A stretch of 64,000 bases of DNA from Octopus bimaculoides. Taxonomy: Eukaryota. The stretch lies in assembly GCF_001194135.2 (NCBI RefSeq), contig NC_068992.1, forward strand, positions 15,388,850 through 15,452,849, given 5' to 3'. The notes under the pieces were generated by a model. It was not told the origin of the DNA. It did not search any database and worked only from the letters and a program-made list of their open reading frames with translations. This document shows positions 1-11,539 of this stretch, piece by piece. Position numbers and translations under genes: made by a program. Position 1 is the first letter of the stretch, and every line of letters starts with the position of its first letter.

Positions 1-379
1 AACTTTAAATTCCGCTGGTTCTGTTTATGTTTCACGTGTCTTCGCTATTTGCTAGAAATAGCAACGATATCTTTTTTTTTTTGCTGTTTTTATATAGAAG
101 GAAAGATTGAAGATGATAATAGGTTGAATGTCTTCGGTTACATGTATATTTGATCAGAGCTAAGTTGGAGCTAAACAACAAGTCGAAAACAACTGCTTAA
201 AAGCAAAACAACAGAAACAGCAAGAACAACAGCATTAACTGAAAACCAATGGCAGCAGTAAGCAGTAAATGCAGGAATTTGTAGGTTAATGGCATAGTGC
301 ATCAACCTCAAGCTGCATGTTAGGATGCGCAATTGCATTGCATATCTGGATTACTGCATTTGTCGATCGTGCTTGAGTG

Positions 380-660
380 TGTTTCAGCCGCTGCTTATGT
401 GACAACACTGCCACTGCCTCCACCACTACCACCACCACTATCTCCTGCATCATCACCACCATAACCACCACCTCCCCACCACCAGCACCACCACCACCTC
501 CTCCATCATCACCACCATGACCACCACCAACACCACTACCACCATCATCACCCCCACCACCACCTCTATCGCTACCACTCACACCTTCGCCACCTCTTTC
601 GCTACCACCCACACCTCCGCCACCACCACAGCAACAATAATTATATTAGCAGCAACAACA
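380..660. repeat. (CAC/CCA)n degenerate trinucleotide microsatellite
   Basis: Runs such as caccactaccaccaccacta; explains the Gly-rich and Thr-rich ORFs at 286-612 and 517-723. Confidence 0.9.
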
Positions 661-2599
661 AAGACTTTCAGTTTAACTATTTTCGGTCATCTTAATTCTC
701 CCATAGCCCAGCGGTCTCTTTAGAGATACGAACAGACAAATCACAAATGGTAAGTCAGAATCAGATTCAAAATTTCTAAGTGAAGAACCGTAATGTTGTT
801 ATTATACGATTAGAAAGAAGAGACTAGTGTACCAGACAGAGACATTCAAATTACCAATAGCTGAATCAATCATATCGATTATTCGTATCCTCCATCGATT
901 TTGTGCTATGTCCATAACCATGACAATTCTCGTTGACTCAATATAAATTACTCAAAAGATGTATCATAGTTATATATGATCTGATTAATTATGATGTAAG
1001 TAACGGGATAGATATATCATTATCTATGCAAACTATCTTATTAGTTTGCAGAGTTATATAGTTTGTTCTATGTTTATGAAGAATGTAACGATATGGTATA
1101 CCACTGAGCAAACTCAGATTGTAACTTGCACGCTAAACTTTTCGATAAACCTGCAATTGCAACCAGCCTGATTTGAGCATGACTACACGCTGAAAAAACA
1201 ATAATATACTATCTAAAAACATACCAGTTTAAATTGATTAAACCAAGCAAGAAATGCGAGAAAAAAAAATTCCCCTAGAAACCCGAGCAAATTCTGAACC
1301 ATAAATAATCTCTGTTAGCTAAAACAAAAATATGCTTGTTGCGTGTATAATCTTAGCATGGCCGATTTGGAGAAGGTTTTTTGTTTTTTATCTTTCTGTT
1401 CTCCAAAAAACATCGCTAATTTGTGGCTTGATATTTGAAAAATACAATCGCCTTCTCGCTACAAATTCGTAGATAGTATTGGAAACCTATATCGTTTTTT
1501 ATTTATTTTTTTTTTCAGTGATCAAAGCAACAAAGAAGCTTTCCTGGAGATAGTTTTAAGTTCAGACAGCAGTCTAAGATAATCAATTAAAAAACACACA
1601 GAGAATTTATGTCTTCCTATTGATTTCCTTTCAATTAATGGTAATTAATTTCAGAGAAGAAATTTTCCAGTCTACAGTAAGAGATCGAAAAACAGATCGA
1701 TTAGTTCCATCTTCACATTTGCCTTTTTCGTGTAGCTAAATGGATACAACAGTGCTTTCAAAATAGAAGAGTTTTCCAGATCTTTATGTGACCAAGTGCT
1801 TTGAACTATAAATGCTTAGTTTTCAGTTTCTTGTTCAGGTACGAAAAACAAATGTGTTAGAAGATATATCAGTACTATATGCTGTATGTCCAGTAAAGGC
1901 TTGTAGGCCGAAACTTCGAAGTCGCTGTCACACATTTCCTTGTAAAAGTATTATAAATATATATACTAGAAAGAATATTAAATAATTCTTCAGATTAATG
2001 CTAAAATATTAAAATACACAGACACAAACACACACACACACACACACATACTTACTCACGCACCCGTACTTATACACACACATAATTACTCACACACACG
2101 TACTTACACACACACACGTATTTACACACACACATTCATACATGTTTGCTTGTACGTATAAGTGTATTGTAACACAAAAACAAGCATAAAACTAATCGAT
2201 ATAATTTTGCGTTAATCGAAGCTAACAGTGATTTGTAATTGTGATTCTGCGTTTAACACACTCGTAACTATACGCATACATACGCGTACACACATGAGAC
2301 CGTAAACGACTGTAACTTAATACCTCAAAGCGTTTTCTTCGACGCTCTATCGGTTTAGCCAATCTGCTGTGAGTCTCTACAGATTATCGAGCGCTTAACT
2401 ATTGAAATATATGTGAAGAAATACTCTGCATTTTGCTTTGCCTCAGTTCACCTTCCTATTAGACATAATTATATATTAGATAATTAAAGGCATACTTATC
2501 AAGTTGAGATTAATCAGATATTTATCTGCCCCTTGATACAACCATGAAGCCGAACCTTCCCAGATATTTTAGGTTTTTTCGCCTTTTAGATTTATTGTA

Positions 2600-2790
2600 T
2601 CAGTCTTTTTTTTTTCTTTTATCTGCGGCCATGCTGGAGGATTTCTGTCGAAAAGATCAGATTCAGTACTTTTTTTTAAAATCTGGTACTTATTCTATTG
2701 CTGTCATTTGCTGACAGCTAGTTTAGGGATACGTAAATAAACCAAAACTGGTTGCCAAGCGGTTATGGGGAGAAATACAGCCGGAAGCTG
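2600..2790 (-). mobile_element. 3' module of CORE-like composite SINE, diverged
   Basis: ctgcggccatgctggag...ggtacttattctatt...ggttgccaagcggttatgggg matches related copies at 25500, 37636, 47985 and 63445, and in reverse complement at 6207-6420. Confidence 0.75.
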
Positions 2791-2879
2791 TCAACCATAT
2801 ACATATATAAATACATACATACGTTCGTAGGTACGCTTGTTTCTCTACTTGTTTCTTCACCTATATTCTATTTCCTGCC

Positions 2880-3340
2880 CATTTTCTCCCTCTACCACTC
2901 TTTCTCCTTACCCCTCGCTGGTTACATGTGACCAGCCACTACTTCCTTTCCTATCTTGACTATCGCCAAGCACGCACACGAACATTCTTCGACCCGCTTC
3001 CTTCCAGTTCGTTGCTACACAGCGTTCAGTATACACATTTTTTCACGTCTGGCCGTTTGGCCGTTTATGTTTGTTTTCACTGTTTCGCTTTCCTGCCTTG
3101 TTTTCTGTCCGCCACTACATTTCCTCCATGGTACAAATTTAATTTGTGGGCAGTAGGAAGAGCCATTCTAACGACGCGTCCTGCCCTAACTCTTCGAAAC
3201 GCTTAGTTTTAGAATGGTGGCAGCTGATGAAGGAAATATTCTCTATGTGGCCTGTGTGTTTTCTGTACTCTGTTTATCTTTTTGTCCACGTTTTTTTGCA
3301 ATGTCCTGTACTCAGATATGCATCTATATATATACATGTA
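2880..3340 (+). mobile_element. Putative Penelope-like terminal repeat carrying hammerhead core motifs
   Basis: Pyrimidine-rich non-coding segment containing GCGTC/CTGCC, CTTCGAAACGC and GGCAGCTGATGAAGG. The hammerhead-Penelope association is established; assigning this segment to Penelope and its boundaries are inference. Confidence 0.45.
3148..3235 (+). ncRNA. Hammerhead-ribozyme-like motif with non-canonical strand order
   Basis: GUC 3178-3180; stem I CUGCC 3181-3185 / GGCAG 3219-3223; CUGAUGA 3224-3230; GAAAC 3196-3200; stem III ACGC 3199-3202 / GCGU 3176-3179; weak 3-bp stem II. Confidence 0.5.
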
Positions 3341-3386
3341 GATATGTACATACAGGTACGTATATATGCATATACTCATTATTTGT

Positions 3387-3417
<31 letters not shown>

Positions 3418-3724
3418 TTCTTTTAAAATACANNNNNNNNNNNNNNNNNNNNNNNNNNNNNNNNNNNNNNNNNNNNNNNNNNNNNNNNNNNNNNNNNNNN
3501 NNNNNNNNNNNNNNNNNNNNNNNNNNNNNNNNNNNNNNNNNNNNNNNNNNNNNNNNNNNNNNNNNNNNNNNNNNNNNNNNNNNNNNNNNNNNNNNNNNNN
3601 NNNNNNNNNNNNNNNNNNNNNNNNNNNNNNNNNNNNNNNNNNNNNNNNNNNNNNNNNNNNNNNNNNNNNNNNNNNNNNNNNNNNNNNNNNNNNNNNNNNN
3701 NNNNNNNNNNNNNNNNNNNNNNNN

Positions 3725-3769
<45 letters not shown>

Positions 3770-3837
3770 TGTGTGTGTGTGTATATATATATATATATGT
3801 ATATATACACATACATGCATTTATATGTATGCATATA

Positions 3838-3985
3838 CATTACGGGCTTCCATAGTGTTTGTTAAGCCACTTCACTTACAAAATATTGGTTAGTCCGAAG
3901 CGAGAGTAAAAGAGACCCAAAGTGTCGCGTAGTGGAACTGAACTCGAAATTACATGCTTCTTAATCGGGTTTCTTAACCACGAAG
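3838..3985 (-). mobile_element. tRNA-head/CORE-like half of composite SINE, diverged
   Basis: acgggcttcc...cccaaagtgtcgcgtagtggaactgaactcgaa; homologous to the better copy at 25935-26097. Confidence 0.7.
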
Positions 3986-4840
3986 TTATGCTTGCTCCTA
4001 TAAACAACATTGTGGTATAATTAACTGCTGTAAACAGCAGCTGCAGTGGAAACGTAAAAGCACCACTGCAATATCGATTTCTAACATTGGAGCAAAACTA
4101 AAGAGAGTGCATTGTCGGTTAAATAGACTTCAGATTATTTAATCGATAAATTTTCCATCAGTGGGATTTGATCAGGACATAATGGGCAGTACCATCAGGT
4201 ATTTTGTTCGACGCTCTAATGACTTTGCCAAACCATCAGTATAGTAATAGGTATTGTCAAGAGATTATGCGCGTCTTGGTAGTTTGCAGAACTAAGTTTA
4301 TTTTGTCCTATAAGTCAGCAAAATATAATGGGAAGTAAAATTTATGTAAATCTTTAGACAGTGACACAGCGTCAATGTTCTCGTACAAATTTGTTACAAG
4401 AGTCAATCCTTGACGGTGGCCACGATTTGCAAATAAAAATAACCGAAAAACAGTCTACTTTGTCCATCGTTTCTGTACTTTCTGTAAGAGGAAGTTCAGG
4501 TCGCTATTTCTAGAACGTCTAGTAACCACATAGAGGTTGTTTCGTTGACTAGAATATGAAAAAGAGACAGAGACAGGAAAGTAATGTTAAATGATTTAAA
4601 TCGAATGTTTCTATTATAGTGATAACTTTTCTTCCAGTTCATTCTATTATCTATTGTTAGTTATGGTCTTCCATAAATAGGACCCGGCTTCCTTACGAGT
4701 ATGAGGGGGGAAAATAACAGACGATGACTTACCTTTAATAGAGTAATTTTAGGCAATTTAATAGAAGGAAAAACAATATCGTAGAATATTTATAAATTAC
4801 TATATATGAGATAATCCCTGTAATATTCCTTTCTACTATA

Positions 4841-5019
4841 GAGACAAGGCCTGAAATTTTGGGTTAGAGGGCTAACCGATTACATCGATTCAAGTGCTTG
4901 ACTGGTACTTATTTTATCGACTCCGAAGGGACAAAACCAACCTCGGCAGGATTTGAACTCAGAACGTGAACGTGAAGACAGACAAAATGCCGCCCAAAAC
5001 TCCGCCAGCTCGCTGCCTT
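4841..5019 (-). mobile_element. Nin/Deu-domain tRNA-derived SINE
   Basis: Reverse strand reads ggcagcgagctggcg head, ttctgagttcaaatcc B-box, then cggagtcgataaaataagtaccag (Nin/Deu-like core); more than 10 related copies in the window. Confidence 0.85.
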
Positions 5020-5251
5020 AATAACTCCTGTAATATTGGGGAGTGACCAACTGCCTATACGCTTATTTCCGTGATAGGAGATCATTTGACCAAACAACAT
5101 AACATACATTGTCCAGACTGACGGATAATTAACCTTTGAGCCACTAATAAGAACATTTACAGTATTCACACGTGTACTTTGAATGTTTGCGGTTCAAATC
5201 CTGCCCAGGTGAACTTTGTCTTTTGTACGAGCGGAGACGATAAACATGAGC

Positions 5252-5311
<60 letters not shown>

Positions 5312-5374
5312 GCACACGGACACAGATGTTTGTGGCGGGCTTCTGTGTACGTTCGAAATGATTTTCCCCAACTT

Positions 5375-5475
5375 TGCATGACCATCATCATCATCATGAA
5401 CATCATCATCATCATTGCCACCATCATCATCATCAGCACCACCAGCACCACCACCACTACCATTATCATCATCAT

Positions 5476-5507
<32 letters not shown>

Positions 5508-5670
5508 TCACCATCTTCATCACCACCACCATCACAACCATTATCATCATATCATCATCACCACCACCATCTTCATCATCATCATCATCATCATCATCAC
5601 CATCATCATGATCATCATCATCATCGTGAACATCACCACAATAGTCACCATCATCATCATCATCATCATT
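5375..5670. repeat. (CAT/CAC/CAG)n compound microsatellite
   Basis: Direct inspection; source of the poly-His, poly-Ile and poly-Ser ORFs. Confidence 0.95.
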
Positions 5671-6206
5671 TCCGGTTATACTGTGCTTTCGTTAGAGATT
5701 TCTCATAAGTAAGTTAACGCACGTGACTAAGATATATTACAGCGTTTCAAGTCGTCCCTCCGGTATTTCCGCTTAAAAATTCAATAAAAGCTGAAATTCA
5801 GTAACGTGATTAGCGGCCAACTTTAACAACAATCTTTGGAATTGAATCTAAGAATGGTTATGTAATGGAGATCTGTTTGGATGAGGGATTTGTGTGCCAA
5901 CACCACCCAGAGGAAGCATGCAGTCAGTGACCTGCATGTAGGCGGTTCATGCTAGATATAAAGTCGTCTCCTTCTCGCCCAAGGTAGCGGTAGGATTCAG
6001 TTGCTGCCTGGATGTCTGAACAGCTCCATTTGGACAGGGCACTGCTCACCTGGAGGCTGGGAAGGTTCTAGAAAAATGTGAAGCAAAAATTGCCTGTCTT
6101 TCTATATCTGGTCAGTTTAGCGCGACTGACAGATGTCCACCTTTCGAAAAACAATGAGACTTTCAGTTACGAAATCTGTATGGAACTTGAACATTTCATG
6201 TTGGAA

Positions 6207-6420
6207 TGTGTGTGGATTTGATTGACGGAAACTGAAAGAAGCCCGACGCATATATATGTATATGCATGTGTGTATCTGTGTTTGCCCCATCACCATCGCT
6301 TGACAACCAAAAGAAACCAATAGACTAAGTACTAGACTTACAAAGAATAAGTTCTTCGACTAAAACCCTTTAAGGCGGTACTCCAGCATGGTCGCAGTCA
6401 AATTACTAAAACTAGTAATA
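6207..6420 (+). mobile_element. CORE-like composite SINE, 5'-truncated
   Basis: gtggatttg...gacggaaactgaaagaagcccg, short internal microsatellite, then caccatcgcttgacaacc...ctccagcatggtcgcagtc. Confidence 0.85.
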
Positions 6421-6440
6421 TCTATCTATCTATCTCTCTC

Positions 6441-6481
<41 letters not shown>

Positions 6482-7099
6482 CTGCCAAGGTGAACTTTCA
6501 AGAACGGTAGTAATTTCTGTCGGATTTGATTGGAAACATTTTTTTTTTCTTTCCTTACATTACGACTTACTAGCAAAAATCAATAACTTCATCAATAAAT
6601 CGATAGACACTTTGTCAAAAACAAAAATCAAACAAACAAACAAGAATCAGCTTAAATTACTTACGTTGAGGCAATGTATTCTATCAGTGTTAGAAGTAAG
6701 AATATATCGGGTAAACATCAAAAGCAACGTATGCACAGGCTTCTTACAGTGCACAGGAATAATGTTAAAATGGGGCAGCAAAGTCAAGATATAACAGACT
6801 GAATTAATTACTTATACAGCATCATAATCATCAACATCATCATCATCATCATCGTCATGTTCATTATCGTCGTCGTCATCTTCATAATCATTATCGTTAT
6901 CATCGTCATCGTCATCATCGTCGTCGTATGCGGAACGTGTCGTTAACAGCTATATTGCTATCATTTAAAATTTACCCTCACAAAGACACACCTACGCGTA
7001 GAAATTATATTCGACTTCTTGTCTATATCTACCTAGCGATCGATCGATTAATCTGTGTACGTATCTATCAAAATGTTAGACTGATTATTTATGTATGTA

Positions 7100-7147
<48 letters not shown>

Positions 7148-8074
7148 CATACATATGTATGCGTGTATGTATGTATGTATATATTCTAACATCGAACTGT
7201 GTGGATGAGTACCCAACACCACATTAGTGGATAGATGTTATTTGGGGGCAACCAATGGTTTCATGTGAAAAACATACATACGTGTGTGTGCGTATGTGTG
7301 TGCGTGTATGTGTATGTCAGTGTGTGTATATGCACACACAGACATAGAAAAAAAACAAGAGAATGGAGATTTATACATTTTTAATCAGCTTACGCACGTT
7401 TCAGATAGATTCGGAGAGAGTAGTAAAATTTCGTATTGTGAAAATTTTAGAAAACCAGAACACATTTACTGGTAATGTAACCCTATACAATTACCAAAGT
7501 TAATTAGAATACGGTCGTTTATATTTATGTGCGTCTATGTGCATACATATAAGTCTATATGTGAGTGTGCGCAAGCGTGCGTATGTCAGTGTGGTATATG
7601 TATGTGTCTAAAAGTACATTACGCGAAGATATATAAACAGCTAAAAAGCCACGGCAAGAAAACTAATTACGTTCACAATAACAATAAAACCATGATGAGA
7701 ATCAGTAGAGAGATGATGTGGTTACATTAAAATACAGAAATAAAATATAAGCTTCAAACTCAAATAAATTGTCAATGAAAACGGTACGTCTGTGTTGAAG
7801 ACTTACTCTCTGAAAACTATGTATGGATTAATATCGTGTATACTATACATACAATTAGGAGCTAATCATTTCCCGTGGTTTCTGTAATAAAAGGATATTA
7901 GATGTTACAAACATTATTCTGAGACAGCAAAAAACAACCATAGAACAACGTATCTATCGATCGTCGTACTAAGTAACTAATAAATTGTCTAGTAGTAATA
8001 AAATTATCGGAAAAAATATGTGTTAGTGGTTCATTTGAGAGTGAAATTGGGTGAGTGGATCACGTTCTATGTGG

Positions 8075-8200
8075 TACAGTAGAACCTCACAATACGAGTG
8101 CCCTATTGTATGAGTAATTTGTTGTACAAGCCGAGACTTGTGCGAATTTTTGTCTTGAAGTACGAACGGAAATCCGCAGTATGAGCACAAAAATCGTGCC
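8075..8200 (+). mobile_element. Left end of a pogo/Tigger-like MITE
   Basis: TA followed by CAGTAGAACCTC and tacgag-like sub-repeats; no matching right TIR found nearby. Confidence 0.4.
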
Positions 8201-8710
8201 ATCTCTAAGGTAATTCAGTTAATAAAACCATTTTACATATCTCCTTTGCATTCTCTTTCTTACGGTTGTCATTTTACTTGTAACTACACCTTTTCTGTTT
8301 TAAAACCCATGAAAAATTATTTTTAAGTGGTTTCTGGGGGTTAGAACGGATTAATTATATTTAATTTAATTTCAATGGGGAAAATCGGTTTGTAAAACGA
8401 ATAAATCGAAAGACGAGCTCGGTCAAAGAAGGAATTAAACTCGTATTTGGTAACATTGTTAACTAGTAGGCACTTGGTGTGTAGTTCCAATGTCGTCGGT
8501 GAGCTTGTTAAGATCAATGTTTTGAGTGAGTCTTTGGGGCCTGAGATAGTCCATCTTCCGGTATTTGTTCCGGGTTTCCGCGCTCTGAAAACTATTTCGA
8601 CTTTCATCTCTCTGCGTCGATTTGATAAATAACTTATCCTTAAATGGTTTGGGAATATTCTCTCTCTCTCCCTCTCTCACAGGCACACACATAATACATT
8701 GGTTTCCAAT

Positions 8711-8915
8711 TTTGGCACAAGGCCAGCTGTTTCGGGAGAAGCAGATATATCGATTACATCAACTCCAGTATTGAACTGGTACTTATTTTATCGACTTCCA
8801 AATGACGAAAGGCAAAATCGACAACGTTGGAATTTCAAGTCAGAACGTAAAGGCGGATAAATTTCTGCTTAGCATTTTGTCCGGTGTACTGACGATACTG
8901 CCAGCTCGCCGCCTC
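8711..8915 (-). mobile_element. Nin/Deu-domain SINE
   Basis: ggcacaaggcc...ctggtacttattttatcgac...gccagctcgccgcct, full length by comparison with the 48345 copy. Confidence 0.85.
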
Positions 8916-9609
8916 AATGATGGATAATATATTGCTTGGCATTTAGCAACTCTCAACTCTACATCATTTTTCAGGTTACACTACGACGATAACAGAAATA
9001 GCAGTTAAATAACTGAGTTTTATATAATGAGTGTAAAACATGAAGGTAATGCACCAAGATAACCAGCATTTAATGTCCGTAAAAGAATATTTCAGAAATA
9101 TTAGCTTATTTCAATTTACGTGGTTTCGAGTAACGTCTTTTCTGTTTCATGCAGTTTTTCTGGGGAAAAATAGACCTCAACTTCAGTAAATTTTCCCCAC
9201 TTTACGTCGTTCACATTGAACATATTTAAAAGCATAAAACTGTTTTTTAGAAATCTATTAAAATCCAATATCGAAGTGAAAAATCTAATGAAATACCTGA
9301 AACTATGTAAATATGTAAACATCTTTTTTTAAAAATGTACGTATATAAAATATTTCCACTTATTGCATATGGCTTTCGGAACCGATATCTTTAGCATTCC
9401 ATCGAGACGTAGATTTGTAGTTCATAGCAGAAAATTCAAAAGTGTGTTTGTGCTTAGTGTGTACAAATTTGTGCTTATTTTCATACATCATCGCCTCCAT
9501 GAAAATTTCTGCAGCTACGTCTAGTCCTTGTATTCCTAAGCACTATGTTATTTTCATTGGAGAATAAATTGATCAAACGCTATGAACGCTGTTACAAAAA
9601 TGATGTGTG

Positions 9610-9802
9610 AGGTGGAAGAGTCGGTAGCGCTTCGTACAAAATGCTTCACGGCATATCTATCGATTTTACCCTTGGGTTGAAAATGCTACGGTGGTCGATT
9701 TTGTCGTTCACCTTTCTTGGGTCGATAAAATAACTTGCAGATAATCCCAATGACGGTTGAAATCGACTATCCATCTCCCCCAAAATTACAGGCATTGTAC
9801 CT
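9610..9802 (+). mobile_element. Nin/Deu-domain SINE, diverged
   Basis: ggtcgattttgtcgttcacctttcttgggtcgataaaataa...cccccaaaattacaggcattgtacct, the same family in forward orientation. Confidence 0.7.
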
Positions 9803-11255
9803 TTAGTAGAAAGAGTTACAAATTAATATCTAATACATAACGGTATCTTATATTAAGTAGTAGCCAGACGTTCCTGCAGGATGATTAGAGTTGATTCAGT
9901 TTTATTTCGTACTTCCAGTTCATATTTATTTTTGTCGAGTCTTGAACAGTTTAAAAGAAAGTTGAAATCGGTAGAATTTCAACTCAGTTTCATAACTAGA
10001 CGAAAATGTAGTCCATTAACTAGTACGTAGCTCGATCATTCAACAGTTATTCACTACTTACAATATATCACATACTCTATACAACATTCTAATGAGCTTT
10101 GCTAAATTCTATTATGAATTGTAAAATTATGATAGGAAATAACAGGAATTATGAAGAAAGATGAACATAGATGTAGACATACAAATATATTTATGTACGT
10201 ACATAAATATATAAATGCATACATACATGCATATATATATATATATGTGTGTGTGTATATGTATATATATATATATATATATANNNNNNNNNNNNNNNNN
10301 NNNNNNNNNNNNNNNNNNNNNNNNNNNNNNNNNNNNNNNNNNNNNNNNNNNNNNNNNNNNNNNNNNNNNNNNNNNNNNNNNNNNNNNNNNNNNNNNNNNN
10401 NNNNNNNNNNNNNNNNNNNNNNNNNNNNNNNNNNNNNNNNNNNNNNNNNNNNNNNNNNNNNNNNNNNNNNNNNNNNNNNNNNNNNNNNNNNNNNNNNNNN
10501 NNNNNNNNNNNNNNNNNNNNNNNNNNNNNNNNNNNNNNNNNNNNNNNNNNNNNNNNNNNNNNNNNNNNNNNNNNNNNNNNNNNNNNNNNNNNNNNNNNNN
10601 NNNNNNNNNNNNNNNNNNNNNNNNNNNNNNNNNNNNNNNNNNNNNNNNNNNNNNNNNNNNNNNNNNNNNNNNNNNNNNNNNNNNNNNNNNNNNNNNNNNN
10701 NNNNNNNNNNNNNNNNNNNNNNNNNNNNNNNNNNNNNNNNNNNNNNNNNNNNNNNNNNNNNNNNNNNNNNNNNNNNNNNNNNNNNNNNNNNNNNNNNNNN
10801 NNNNNNNNNNNNNNNNNNNNNNNNNNNNNNNNNNNNNNNNNNNNNNNNNNNNNNNNNNNNNNNNNNNNNNNNNNNNNNNNNNNNNNNNNNNNNNNNNNNN
10901 NNNNNNNNNNNNNNNNNNNNNNNNNNNNNNNNNNNNNNNNNNNNNNNNNNNNNNNNNNNNNNNNNNNNNNNNNNNNNNNNNNNNNNNNNNNNNNNNNNNN
11001 NNNNNNNNNNNNNNNNNNNNNNNNNNNNNNNNNNNNNNNNNNNNNNNNNNNNNNNNNNNNNNNNNNNNNNNNNNNNNNNNNNNNNNNNNNNNNNNNNNNN
11101 NNNNNNNNNNNNNNNNNNNNNNNACATATGGCTCCATACATTTTCTATTTCGCGTTCTGATGAATAGAATTCAACATATATTTAAAATTAATAAATGCAA
11201 ATATATTCTTTGAAAAATCCAAATTTAATTATATATATCTTACAAATCTGTGTGG

Positions 11256-11299
<44 letters not shown>

Positions 11300-11468
11300 G
11301 ATATTTATATATACTCACGCACATATATACATATGTTTGTACATGCGTGCGTAGGTATCCAGGCAGGTAGGTAAGTACGTATAGAATATATAATGAATTA
11401 CAGTTATTCAACAAATGTGGCGTACGAATCTATTTCTGAATATATATATACACTCACATACATACATA

Positions 11469-11539
<71 letters not shown>

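Noticed and set aside
5216-5712. Poly-His/Gln/Ser ORFs resembling low-complexity protein regions
   Set aside because: Open in nearly every frame on both strands, with no splice signals or complex flanking coding sequence; trinucleotide repeat.
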